The position numbers and the translations under genes are program-made. The notes beneath the pieces are model-generated. The model searched no databases. It was not told the origin of the DNA and worked only from the letters and a program-made list of their open reading frames with translations. Positions 50,190 through 63,532 of a DNA stretch of 64,000 nt are shown here, one piece after another (positions within the stretch are counted from its first letter, which is position 1; every line of letters starts with the position of its first letter). Source of the stretch: Eledone cirrhosa (Eukaryota); the NCBI GenBank assembly GCA_964016885.1, contig OZ024745.1, forward strand, positions 12,772,001 through 12,836,000, written 5' to 3'.

Positions 50190-53100
50190 TGTCCTATCAA
50201 CTAATCCGACCTCCAAAATGCTTGCAATTGACTATTATTTTAGCATATTAACAACAAATATGATTTCCACTGCAATTAAAAATGACTAGCTTTGTGAATG
50301 GTTTTTCCACCCACTTTCTGCCTTCATTTTTCTACAAAGCTAATCATTGACGATAGGTTTCAAAGTTATATTCATTCATAATATGTGAAAAAAATAGTCA
50401 ACTGTGAGCATTGGTGTGATGAAAATGGTAGGAGTAGGTGTTCTGTAATAAATTTACCATATAGTGAAGTATGGGGTAGATTAATGTACTGTGGTGTGCT
50501 TTGTTATAAGTGAGGATTTAAATTGCCACTTTGATTTATGTTATAAAAAAAAATTTTCATTCATTTTTGCATGCGTTATCAACTTCCAAGAAGCTCGCAG
50601 TGGACTATGCTTTTAGCATATTAACAAAAAATATGACTTCCGCTGCAATAAAAAATGACTAGCTTTGTAAATGGTATTTCCTCCCACATCCTCCCTCCTT
50701 TTTTTACAAAGCTAGTCATTTTCATCAGGTTTCAATGTCATAACCATTGATAATATGTGCATAAAATAGTAATTTGCGAGCACCTTTTATGTCAAATTGG
50801 GTGGTAAGCACAAAAAAAAAAAAAAAAAATGCCAGATGAAAATTTGTCACACCAAAATCAATATCTTGGTGTGATTTGGTGAAGTTTCTACAAAGATAGT
50901 CATTTTCGACAGGTTCCCATGTCATATTTATTGATAAGTGGAAAAAAAAATAGTCAATTGGGAGCACCTTTAATGTCAGATTGGGTGGTAAGCACACACA
51001 AAAAAAAAAAAAGGAAATGGGAAGAAAATTTTTCACACCAAGATCAATAGCTTGGTGTGATGTAGTATGGTGTAACTTGGTATGGTGTGGTTTGGTTTGG
51101 TGAAGTTATGAAATGGAAACCAATTGTAAACGATAGATTCCCATGTTATATTCATTGATAATGTGTGGGAAAATAGTCATTTGCAAGCACCTTTGATGTT
51201 AGTTTGAGGTGGTAACCACAAAAAAAAAAAAAAATGCAAGTAGCAAATTTATCACATTAATGTCCAAGTGATGTAAATGATAGGAGTATGTGTTCTGTAA
51301 TAAATTACCATATAGTGAAGTATGGTTATGGTGTAGATTGAGGTAGATTAATGTGCTGTGGTGTGCTTTGTTATAAGTGAGGATTTAAATTTCCACTTTG
51401 ATTTATGTTAGAAAAAAAATTTTTCATTCATTTTTGCACGTGTTATCAACTTCCAAGAAGCTCGCAGTGAACTATGCTTTTAGCATATTAACAAAAAATA
51501 TGACTTCCGCTGCAATAAAAAATGACTAGCTTTGTAAATGGTATTTCCACCCACATCCTCCCTCTTTTTTCTACAAAGCTAGTCATTTTCATCAGGTTTC
51601 CATGTCATAACCATTGATAATATGTGCATAAAATAGTAATTTGCGAGCATCTTTTATGTCAAATTGGGCGGTAAACACAAAAAAAAAAAAAAAAAAAAAT
51701 GCCAGATGAAAATTTGTCACACCAAAATCAATATCTTGGTGTGATTTGGTGAAGTTTCTACAAAGATAGTCATTTTCGACAGGTTTCCATGTCATATTTA
51801 TTGATAAGTGGAAAAAAAAATAGTCAATTGGGTGGTAAGCACACAAAAAAAAAAAAAAAGGAAATGGGAAGAAAATTTTTCACACCAAGATCAATAGCTT
51901 GGTGTGATGTAGTATGGTGTAACTTGGTATGGTGTGGTTTGGTTTGGTGAAGTTATGAAATGGAAACCAATTGTAAACGATAGATTCCCATGTCATATTC
52001 ATTGATAATGTGTGGGAAAATAGTCATTTGCAAGCACCTTTGATGTTAGTTTGAGGTGGTAACCAGAAAAAAAAAAAAAAATGCAAGTAGCAAATTTATC
52101 ACATTAATGTCCAAGTGATGTAAATGATAGGAGTATGTGTTCTGTAATAAATTACCATATAGTGAAGTATGGTTATGGTGTGGATTGAGGTAGATTAATG
52201 TGCTGTGGTGTGCTTTGTTATAAGTGAGGATTTAAATTTCCACTTTGATTTATGTTAGAAAAAAAATTTTTCATTCATTTTTGCACGTGTTATCAACTTC
52301 CAAGAAGCTCGCAATGAACTATGCTTTTAGCATATTAACAAAAAAATATGACTTCCGCTGCAATAAAAAATGACTAGCTTTGTAAATGGTATTTCCACCC
52401 ACATCCTCCCTCTTTTTTCTACAAAGCTAGTCATTTTCATCAGGTTTCCATGTCATAGCCATTGATAATATGTGTATAAAATAGTAATTTGCGAGCACCT
52501 TTTATGTCAAATTGGGTGGTAAGCACAAAAAAAAAAAAAAAAAAATGCCAGATGAAAATTTGTCACACCTAAATCAATATCTTGGTGTGATGTAGTATGG
52601 TGTGGTTTGGTGAAGTTTCTACAGGTTTCCATGTCATAATTATTGATAAGTGGAAAAAAAAATAGTCAATTGGGAGCACCTTTAATGTCAGATTGGGTGG
52701 TAAGCACACACACAAAAAAAAAAAAAAGGAAATGGGAAGAAAATTTTTCACACCAAGATCAATATCTTGGTGTGATTTGGTGAAGTTTCTACAAAGATAG
52801 TCATTTTCGACAGGTTTCCATGTCATATTTATTGATAAGTGGAAAAAAAAATAGTCAATTGGGAGGTAAGCACACACAAAAAAAAAAAAAGGAAGTGGTA
52901 AGAAAATTTTTCACACCAAGATCAATAGCTTGGTGTGATGTAGTATGGTATAACTTGGTATGGTGTGGTTTGGTTTGGTGAAATTATGAAATGGAAACCA
53001 ATTGTAAACGATAGATTCCCATGTCATATTCATTGATAATGTGTGGGAAAATAGTCATTTGCAAGCACCTTTGATGTTAGTTTGAGGTGGTAACCACAAA

Positions 53101-54830
53101 AAAAAAAAAAAATGCAAGTAGCAAATTTGTCACAATGTCCAAGTGGTGTAAATGATAGGAGTATGTGTTCTGTAATAAATTACCATATAGTGAAGTATGG
53201 TTATGGTGTGGATTGAGGTAGATTAATGTGCTGTGGTGTGCTTTGTTATAAGTGAGGATTTAAATTTCCACTTTGATTTATGTTAGAAAAAAAATTTTTC
53301 ATTCATTTTTGCACGTGTTATCAACTTCCAAGAAGCTCGCAGTGAACTATGCTTTTAGCATATTAACAAAAAATATGACTTCCGCTGCAATAAAAAATGA
53401 CTAGCTTTGTAAATGGTATTTCCACCCACATCCTCCCTCTTTTTTCTACAAAGCTAGTCATTTTCATCAGTTTTCCCTGTCATAACCATTGATAATATGT
53501 GCATAAAATAGTAATTTGCGAGCACCTTTTATGTCAAATTGGGTGGTAAGCATAAAAAAAAAAAAAAAAAAATGCCAGATGAAAATTTGTCACACCTAAA
53601 TCAATATCTTGGTGTGATGTAGTATGGTGTGGTTTGGTGAAGTTTCTACAGGTTTCCATGTCATAATTATTGATAAGTGGAAAAAAAAATAGTCAATTGG
53701 GAGCACCTTTAATGTCAGATTGGGTGGTAAGCACACACACAAAAAAAAAAAAGGAAACAGGAAAAAAATGTTTCACACCAAGATCAATAGCTTGGTGTGA
53801 TGTAGTATGGTGTAACTTGGTATGGTGTGGTTTTGTTTTGTTGAAGTTATGAAATGGAAACCAATTGTAAACGATAGATTCCCATGTCATATTCATTGAT
53901 AATGTGTGGGAAAATAGTCATTTGCAAGCACCTTTGATGTTAGTTTGAGGTGGTAACCACAAAAAAAAAAAAAAAATGCAAGTAGCAAATTTGTCACGTT
54001 AATGTCCAAGTGGTGTAAATGATAGGAGTATGTGTTCTGTAATAAATTACCATATAGTGAAGTATGGTTATGGTGAAGTATATGGTGTGGATTGAGGTAG
54101 ATTAATGTGCTCTGTTATAAGTGAGGATTTAAATTTCCACTTCTATTTATGTTAGAAAAAAAATTTTTCATTCATTTTTGCATGTGTTATCAACTTCCAA
54201 GAAGCCCGCAGTGGACTATGCTCTTAGCATATTAACAAAAAATATGACTTCCGCTGCAATAAAAAATGACTAGCTTTGTAAATGGTATTTCCACCCACAT
54301 CCTCCCTCTTTTTTCTACAAAGCTAGTCATTTTCGACAGTTTTCCATGTCATAATTATTGATAATATGTGCAAAAAATAGTCAATTGCAGCACCTTTGAT
54401 TGTCAGATTGGGTGGTAAGAGCACACACAAAAGAAAAAAAAGAAACAGGAAGAAAATTTTTCACACTGAGATCAAAAGCATGGTGTGGTGTAGAATGGTG
54501 CAGTTTGTTTTGGTGTGGTTTGGATTGTTATAGTTATGACATGGGAACCTATTGCAAATGATAGGTTTCCATGTTATATACATTGATAATGTGTAAAAAA
54601 ATAATCATTTGTGAGCACCTTTGATATCAGATTGGGTGGTAAGCACACACACACACAGAAAAAAAAAAAAACAGGAAGAAAAATGTTCTCACTGAGATTA
54701 ATAGCATGGTGTGATGTAGTATGGTGTAGTTTGTTATGGTGAGGTTTGGTGTAGTTTGGTTTGGTGTAGTTTGGTTTGGTGTAGTTTGGTGTAGTTATAA
54801 CATGGAAGCCTATCATAAATTTACCAAGGT
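50190..54830. repeat. ~870-bp macrosatellite, ~5 copies with internal rearrangements
   Basis: The anchor AAGAAGCTCGCAGTG(G/A)ACTATGC recurs at ~50590, 51457, 52303, 53331 and 54200. Confidence 0.9.
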
Positions 54831-54999
54831 ATGGTATAATCTGGTTTGGTGTAGTGTAGGTTAGTGTAGTGTGGTGTGTTATTGTGTTGCATTGCATCAT
54901 ATAGCGTGTTTCTCTTTAAATTAAAATCATTAAAATGTAATGCCTATCTTCTATATCTTAAAGAGTGAGCTTAAATGTGATTGCAAATGACTTTTTTCT

Positions 55000-57900
55000 C
55001 TGGGTTCATGTTAGATTTAGGGTAAGTTTTACTGTTAATGGTAAGTTTATTGTTAGTGACTGTGTTACTGTTAGCATTACTGTCACTGTTTGCGTTACTG
55101 TCTGCGTTAGCATTTGCATAAGCGTCTATGTAAGCTTTTGTGTTAGTGTCTATGTAAACTGGTGTTAGTGTAAGTGTCAGCATTTGCGTCAGCGTCTGCA
55201 CTGGTGATAGTGATTGTGTCAGCATTTCCCTTAGTGTCTAAGTCAACATTAGTGTTAGCATTAGTGTTTGTTTCAGTGCCTGCGTCTACGTCAGCTTCTG
55301 AGTTAGCATTATCATTAGCGTCCGCGTCAGCATCAGTGTGCACGTCAGTATTTGCATTAGTGTTTGAGTCAGTGTTAGCATCAGCGTTTGCATTTGTGTA
55401 GGGGTTAGCATTTGTGTCAGCATCTGCATCAGCATTCACATTAGTCTTTGTCAGCATTTCCGTTAGCGTCTGTGTCAGTGTGTATGTTAGCTTCTACGTC
55501 AGCGTTTTCGTCTGTGTCAGTATCAGTATTTACATCTACATCAGCGTCAGCGTTTCAGTTAACGTCAGTGTTTATGTTAGCGTCTGTGTCAGCGTTTACG
55601 TTAGAGTCTGTGCCAGCGTTTACGTTAGCTTCTACGTCAGCGTTTCCGTAACGTGTACGTCAGCGTTTTCCGTTAGCATTAGCGTTTCCATTAACCTTTC
55701 CTGTGGCGTCCGCATCATTGCAGCGTCTGCATATCCCATGTAAGCGTTAACTTCAGCATTTGCGTCAGCCCTAGCGTCCGCATCAGCATTTGCGTTAGCG
55801 TCAGCATACACGTCAGCGCCGGCAATACTGCCTCAACATTTGCGTCAGCGTTAGCTTGGCTTTGGCTTCAGCAATCCGCATCAGCAATTGCGTTTTGGAG
55901 ATCAGCTTCGGCGGTAAGGGTAAACGCTAACTTCTACGCCTGCTTCTACGTAACAACTACGTCAGCGTTTTGTTAGCTTCTACGTCAGCGTTTACGTTTG
56001 CTTCTACATCAGCATCTACGTTAGCTTCTACGTCAGTGTCTACGTTAACATCTACGTCATCGTTTACGTTAGCTTCTATGTCAGCATCTACATTAGCTTC
56101 TACGTCAGCGCTTACATTAGTGTCTGTGTCAGCATTTGTGTTAGCTTTTACGTCAGCGTCTGTGTCTGTATTTACATCTACATCAGCGTCAGTGTTTACG
56201 TTAGCGTCTGTGTCAGCGTTTACGTTAGAGTCTGTGCCAGCGTTTACGTTAGCTTCTACGTCAGCGTTTCCGTAACGTGTACGTCAGCGTTTTCCGTTAG
56301 CATTAGCGTTTCCATTAACCTTTCCTGTGGCGTCCGCATCATTGCAGCGTCTGCATATCCCATGTAAGCGTTAACTTCAGCATTTGCATCAGCGTTAGCG
56401 TTAGCCTTAGCCCTAGCGTCCGCATCAGCATTTGCGTTAGCGTCAGCATACACGTCAGCGCCTGGCAATACTGCCTCAACATTTGCGTCAGCGTTAGCTT
56501 GGCTTTGGCTTCAGCAATCCGCATCAGCAATTGCGTTTTGGAGATCAGCTTCGGCGGTAAGGGTAAACGCTAACTTCTACGCCTGCTTCTACGTAACAAC
56601 TACGTCAGCGTTTTGTTAGCTTCTACGTCAGCGTTTACGTTTGCTTCTACATCAGCATCTACGTCAGCTTCTACGTCAGTGTCTACGTCATCGTTTACAT
56701 TAGCTTCTATGTCAGCATCTACATTAGCTTCTATGTCAGCGCTTACATTAGTGTCTGTGTCAGCGTTTGTGTTAGCTTCTACGTCTATGTCAGTGTCTGT
56801 ATTCACATCTACATCAGCGTTAGCGTTTATGTTAGCATCTGTTTCAGCGTTTATATTAGCTCTGCGTCAGTTTTTACGTTAGCATCTGTGTTAACGTGTG
56901 CTAGTGTCTGTGTCAGCGTCTGTGTCAGCGTCAGCGTCTGCGTCAGCATTTTCATTAGTGTTTCCTTTAGCTTCTACGTCAATGTTTACACCTGCATTAA
57001 GGTTCACATTAGCATCGCTGTCATCGTTTTCGTTTGCTTTAACATCTGGATCAACATTTGCGTCTGTTTGCATTAGTGTCTGCATTTGCTTTTTTTATAT
57101 CAGTGTCAGCGTTAGAGTCTGGGTAGCATTTACATCAGCGTGTACGTCAGAGTCTTTGTCAGCATTCGCCTTTGCACCTGCATTAGTATTCACGTTAGTG
57201 TTTGTGTCAGCGTAAGCGATTGTGTCAACATTTGCACTAGCGTTTGTGCCAGCATAGCCATCTTCGTCAGTGTCAGCGTTGGCGTTGGCGTTGGCGTTAG
57301 TGTTTGATTTTGTATTAGTGTTAGCATTTTTGTTAGTGTTAGTGTTCAGGTTAATGTTGACTTAGTTTTCAGGTTAGGGCTCGTGTTACTTTTAATGTTA
57401 GTGCTCAGGTTAGTGGTTTATGGTAGTGTTAGTTTTAGTGTTCAGGTTAATGTTCGTGTTAATGTCAGTGCTCAGGTTAGTGTTAGTGTTTACTGTAGTG
57501 TTAGTTTTAGTGTTGAGGTTAATGTTAGCTTAGTTTTCTGGTTAGTGTTAGTGTTAGTTTTTATGGTAGTGTTAGTGTTACTGTTAGTGCTCAGATCAGT
57601 GTTAGTGTTTGTGTTACTGTTTATGGTAGTGTTAGTTTAAGTGTTAATGTTAGTTTTAGTGTTAAGGTTAGTGTTTGTTTTTGTGTTAATATTTTTGTTA
57701 GTATCTCTGTTAGCATTAGTGATTGATGTTTCCATTAGTGTTAGTGATTGTGTTAGCGTTAGTCTTTGTTTTTGTGTTAATGTTAGCATTAGTATTTCTG
57801 TTAGTGTTAGCATGAGTGTTTGTGTTAGTTTTCAGGTTAGTGTTAGTGTTCAAGTTAGTGTTAGAGATTGTGTTAGTGTTAGTATTTGTTTTTGTGTTAG

Positions 57901-59450
57901 TATCTATGTTAGCATTAGTATTTCTGTTAGTGTTAGCATTAGTGTTTATGTTAGTGTTCAAGTTAATGTTAGTGTGAGAGATTGCGTTAGTGTTTGTTTT
58001 TGTGTTAATATTTGTGTTAGTATCTCTGTTAGCGTTAGTGTTTATTTTAGTGTTGAAGTTAATGTTAGCTTAGTTTTCTGGTTAGTATCAGTTTTCAGAT
58101 TAGTGTTTGTGTTAGTGTTACTTTTAGTGTTAGTGCTCAGGTTAGTGTTTGTGGTAGTGTTAGTTTTAGTGTAAGTGTTCAGGTTAGTGTTAGTGTTCAA
58201 GTTAATGTTAGTTTTAGTGTTAAGGTTAATGTTAGTTTTAGTGTTAAGGTTAGTGTTAGAGATTGTGTTAGTGTTAGTATTTGTTTTTGTGTTAATATTT
58301 GTGTTAGCATCTCTGTTAGCATTAGTGTTTGATGTTTCCATTAGTGTTAGTGATTGTGTTAGCGTTAGTCTTTGTTTTTGTGTTAAGGTTAGCGTTAGTA
58401 TTTCTGTTAGTGTTAGCATGAGTGTTTGTGTTAGTTTTCAGGTTAGTGTTAGTGTTCAAGTTAGTGTTAGAGATTGTGTTAGTGTTAGTATTTGTTTTTG
58501 TGTTAGTATCTATGTTAGCATTAGTATTTCTGTTAGTGTTAGCATTAGTGTTTATGTTAGTGTTCAAGTTAATGTTAGTGTGAGAGATTGCGTTAGTGTT
58601 TGTTTTTGTGTTAATATTTGTGTTAGTATCTCTGTTAGCGTTAGTGTTTATTTTAGTGTTGAAGTTAATGTTAGCTTAGTTTTCTGGTTAGTATCAGTTT
58701 TCAGATTAGTGTTTGTGTTAGTGTTACTTTTAGTGTTAGTGCTCAGGTTAGTGTTTGTGGTAGTGTTAGTTTTAGTGTAAGTGTTCAGGTTAGTGTTAGT
58801 GTTCAAGTTAATGTTAGTTTTAGTGTTAAGGTTAATGTTAGTTTTAGTGTTAAGGTTAGTGTTAGAGATTGTGTTAGTGTTAGTATTTGTTTTTGTGTTA
58901 ATATTTGTGTTAGCATCTCTGTTAGCATTAGTGTTTGATGTTTCCATTAGTGTTAGTGATTGTGTTAGCGTTAGTCTTTGTTTTTGTGTTAAGGTTAGCG
59001 TTAATGTTAGCATTAGTATTTCTGTTAGTGTTAGCATTAGTATTTCTGTTAGTGTTAGCATTAGTGTTTATGTTAGTGTTCAAGTTAATGTTAGTTTTAG
59101 TGTTGAGGTTAGTGTTAGAGATTGCGTTAGTGTTTGTTTTTGTGTTAATATTTGTGTTAGTGTTGAAGTTAATGTTAGCTTAGTTTTCTGGTTAGTATCA
59201 GTTTTCAGATTAGTGTTTGTGTTAGTGTTACTTTTAGTGTTAGTGCTCAGGTCAGTGTTAGTGTTTATGGTAGTGTTAGTTTTAGTGCTAGTGTTCGTGC
59301 TAAGGTTAGTTTTAGTGTAAGTGTTCAGGTTAGTGTTAGTGTTTACGGTAGTGTTAGTTTTAGTGCTGCTGTTCAGGTTAGTGTTCGTGTCAGTTTTAGT
59401 GTTAGTGTTCAGGTTAGTGTTTGTGTTAGTTTTCATGTTAGCACTAAGTT
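55000..59450. repeat. Degenerate hexamer low-complexity array (GTTAGT / GCGTCA) with ~640-bp and 606-bp higher-order duplications
   Basis: Blocks ~55480-56110 vs 56140-56750, and near-identical 606-bp units at ~57570-58780. Confidence 0.9.
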
Positions 59451-59751
59451 CACTGTTAGAGCATGTGTGAGTGCAAGTGTTATTTTTAAAGTTCGGTTTT
59501 AGCTTAAAGTTAGGTTTTCTACTTTCCAGGAAAAAAGTTGATCCTCTCTAACTTGAGTGGTGTGATATAGTGTGGTAAAGTATAGTGTTTCGTAGTGTGG
59601 TGTTGGATAATGTGGTATGGTTATAATGTTTGTCAGTGTGGTGTGGTATGGTATAGGTTGATGTAGTGTGGCTTAGTTTGATTATAATAATTCAAATAAT
59701 AATAACAATAATAATAGTAATAATAATTGTTCTTGTTCATTTTCTTTGTCT

Positions 59752-59870
59752 TCTTCTGTGCCTTTGACTGCTTCTGTGCCTTTGACTGCTTCTGTGCCTT
59801 TGACTGCTTCTGTGCCTTTGACTGCTTCTGTGCCTTTGACTTCTTCTGTGCCTTTGACTTCTTCTGTGCC
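59752..59870. repeat. 18-bp tandem repeat (TTCTGTGCCTTTGACTGC), ~6.5 copies
   Basis: Direct repetition. Confidence 0.9.
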
Positions 59871-61487
59871 ATCTAAATACCAAAAACAAAGAATGTAAAA
59901 CATATATGTTGCCTATCTCTCAGACTTTACAAAGTGGTGAGGAGATAAAGTTAATTTAAAGAGCAGTGTGCTCATGCACTGTGATCCTATAATGTAGCTT
60001 ATAAGCTATTTCATAACTAAAAAACAATGTCAAACATCAACAAAAGTATATACAAATATCTTTGAATGTTTAAGTTAAACCTAAATAGATCGTATCTAAA
60101 GGTCATTAAGTTAAGACTGAACTAAGATCATATCTATAAATCATTAGGTTTAGACTGAACTGAGATCATACTTCTTTTCGTCATCTTCGTTTCCCGTGTC
60201 TTCTTTGTCTTTGTTGTCATTTTCATTTTTATTTTAGTCATCTGCTTCGTCGTCTTTTTCTTCTTTTCCATCTAAATATAAAAAAAAATTGTAAACAAAT
60301 ATATAGCTGATCTCTCAGACTTTCACGAAACACCGAGGAGATAGAGTTAATATAACGAGTGGGGAGCTCATATATATATATATATATATATGGTATAGCA
60401 TGGTGTTATGTGGTCTGGTGTGGTACAACATGGTGTGATGTGGTGTGGTATGATATGGTGAGGCGGGGGAGGGGGACAACGTTAGATTAATGTTAACAAT
60501 ACACATGTAGCATCCACATGTGATGAGAAGGGGGAAACAGTGTTTAACTAATTTTAACATTACATGTAGCATCCATCTACAGGTGGTTAAGTTAAGACTG
60601 AGGTGTAATCATATGAAAAGGTCAATTTAAAACTACACAGATTCTGCTTAAAATGATGGTCAATGAAGTGTTTACTTACTCAGATCCTTTGAAATAACTT
60701 TCTTTCTCTTACTGTAACTGGACATACCTACGAAATAGAAAACAGTCGAATAGAGAGTGGTGTGGTGTGGTGTGGTGTAGTGTAGTGTGGTGTGCGGTTT
60801 AGTGTAGTGGACAGTGGTGTGGTGTAGTGTAGTGGAGTGTGGTTTAGTGTAGTCGACAGTGGTGTGGTGTAGTGTGGTTCAATGTAGGGTGGGGATATGG
60901 TGTAGTGGAGTGTGGTGGGATGTAGTGTGGTAGCATGTGGTGTGTTGGCATGTGATGTGATGTGGCGTGGCGTGGTGAAATGTGATGTGATGTGGTGAAA
61001 TGTGGCATGGTGTGGTGAAATGAGACGAGACGAGATGTGATGTGGTGTGATGTGATGTGAAATTTTGTCCTCCTATTTTTCATGTGCTATCAACTAATCC
61101 AATCTCCAAGATGCTTGAAACCAACTTTCTCCCCCCAGGAAAACGGCGGGGTGAGGTGGTTCCCCCTTCACCCGGATAACCCCTGCTTACTCGGAATTTT
61201 CTCTTTGATTCTATTTTCATGCGTTATCAGTGAATATGACTTCCAAACCAGTCAAAAACAACTAGCTTTGGAGAAAGAGGAGAGGGAGAGGGGAAGAGTT
61301 TTGCAGATCTACACCCCACTCACATGTTGTGGGACTTAATCATTTTCGGTATATTTCCTGTGCTATTAATTTCCTGTGCTATTTTCTATGCTATTTCCTA
61401 TGCTATTTCCTATGCTATTTCCTATGCTATTTCCTGTGCTATTAATTAATCTGACCTCCTAGATGCTTCCAATCAACTTATTTCCCT

Positions 61488-61780
61488 GGGTTAGGTTTAG
61501 GGTGGGGTAATGTTTAGGGTTTAGTTTTAGGGTTGGGGTAAAGTTTAGGGTTTAGCTTTAGGTTTGGGGTAAAGTTTAGGGTTTAGCTTTAGGTTTGGGG
61601 TAAAGTTTAGGGTTTAGTTTTAGGGTTGGGGTAAAGTTTAGGGTTTAGCTTTAGGTTTGGGGTAAAGTTTAGGGTTTAGTTTAAGGGTTGGGGTAATGTT
61701 TAGGGTTTAGTTTTATGGTTGGGGTAATGTTTAGGGTTTAGATTTAGTTTGGTTTGGTTTAGATTTAGGGTTGGGGCTAG
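61488..61780 (+). repeat. Telomere-like (TTAGGG/TTTAGGG-containing) ~31-bp tandem array
   Basis: GGGGTAAAGTTTAGGGTTTAG(C/T)TTTAGG(G/T)TT repeated ~8 times. Confidence 0.8.
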
Positions 61781-62499
61781 ATTTAATTTTATGTTTAATT
61801 TAGTTTCCAAATCCCAGAAAAAAAAAATTGATTCAGAGCAACTAAAAGGTCAGATTAGTTGATAGCACTGAAAAGGAGACCGAAGAAAAATCATTAGGGT
61901 ATATATCTACAAAACGACAATGGCTTTTCCACCTGCTTTACCCCTCCTTTTTCCTAGAACAACTAATCATTTCCAACTGGTTTGGAGGTCATATTCGTTG
62001 ATAACATGAGAAAACTCTGGGGTTAAATGAGAGAAGTGCATCCACCTAAGTTTTCCATGAAGAGAGAGTCAATAACAAACATCTTGGAGTTCGGATTAGT
62101 TGATAACACATGAAAAAAAGATGAGGAAAAAATTTTGGGTGTTATGTGGTGTGTGTGGAGTGGTGTGTTGTGGTGTGTTTTTATGTGGAGTGGAGTAGTG
62201 TTGTATTATTTTTATGGGGTGTGGTGTGATGTGGTGCGGTGCACTGTGGTGTTGTGCAGTGTGGTGTTGTGCAGTGCGGTGCAGTGAGGTTCTTCATCTT
62301 TATCTTCATCTTTGTATTCATCTTTGTATTCATCTTTGTATTCATCTTTGTATTCATCTTCTTTGTTTTGTCTTCCATCTAAACAAACAAAAATATATAT
62401 ATAAAACATATGTAGCCAATCTCTCAGACTTTTACAACTTTGTCTGATTTACTCGTTTTATTTACAATCCATTAAAATTATAATGGTATTAGAATGAAA

Positions 62500-63532
62500 T
62501 AGTATGGTAGAATATTAAGTGTTAAGTGTTAATTGAACAAGTAATTTCATGCTTTCGCAATCTTCAGGTTCATATTCTGTGGTGACAGTCAAGTTTACAA
62601 TTTTCAACTGTAATGAGATGGGTAAATTTTGTGCCTTATATACAGTGAAAAGCGGCTACATGTGTAGTTTCACTGGATTACTGAAGCTGATTGGTTTAGG
62701 CATCACGGTTGGTTGGGCATGTCTAACGACTTCTATTTAGCATCTATTCAAAGCATCAATTGTTTTGCTATTTTTAGAAATGATGAAAATAGCATTTTCT
62801 AGGGTTTTATACCCCTAAGAATTATTATTGTTCATTTAGTTTGGGTTGGAATTTTGAAAAATATTCCCAAATGCAAATATGAACTGCAAAAGCAGAAATC
62901 TAATTTACTGCATTAAATGCCCGAATTGTGAAGAACTATATGTCGGTCAAACTGGAAATGCACTATCGGAACGTGCACGGGTGCACCGACAGCAAATCAG
63001 AGACCCAAATGTCCGTCAGATACCCCTGAGTAACCATCTAGCAGCATGTGGTCAGAAAATATTTATATTTCCATTCTACAAATTACACAGGCCAAGTGAA
63101 ATCAAGAGAAAAATCACAGAAAAGAATTTTATTGATAAATTCCAACCCAAGCTAAATGAACAATTATAATTCTTAGGGGTATAAAAACCCTAGAAAATGC
63201 TATTTACATCATTTCTAAAAATAGCAAAACAATTGATGCTTTGGATAGAGCCAAATAGAAGTCGTTAGACATGCTCAACCAACCATGACGCCTAAACCAA
63301 TCAGCTTCAGTAATCCAGTGAAACTACACACCAATTGGTCGAAATATAGTTTGCAAAATATAGCATTCTGTAGCCGCTTTTCTCTGTATATAAGGCACAA
63401 AATTTACCCATCTCATTACAGTTGAAAATTGCAAACTTGACTGTCACCACAGAATATGAACCTGAAGATTGCGAAAGCATGAAAGTACTTGTTCAATTAA
63501 CACTTAACACTTAATATTCTAACATACTATTC
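62500..63532 (+). mobile_element. 5'-truncated Penelope-like element: GIY-YIG endonuclease + pLTR, with inverted pLTR copy upstream
   Basis: ORF 62879-63169 MNCKSRNLIYCIKCPNCEELYVGQTGNALSERARVHR...HL..C...EK.FI..FQPKLN. 62500-62853 is the reverse complement of ~63138-63530. Confidence 0.9.
63457..63495 (+). ncRNA. Minimal type I hammerhead ribozyme in Penelope pLTR
   Basis: TGAAC-CTGAAGA-TTGCGAAAGCAT-GAAA-GTAC-TT-GTTCA: 5-bp stem I, GAAA-tetraloop stem II and palindromic stem III (AAGTACTT). An inverted copy at 62534-62572 has a stem III mutation. Confidence 0.75.

Noticed and set aside
54965-59436. Numerous Val/Ser/Leu- or Thr/Asn-rich ORFs
   Set aside because: Hexamer low-complexity DNA gives open frames on both strands.
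61488-61780. True telomere
   Set aside because: Degenerate, short, internal and enclosed by inverted arms; not a pure (TTAGGG)n terminal tract.
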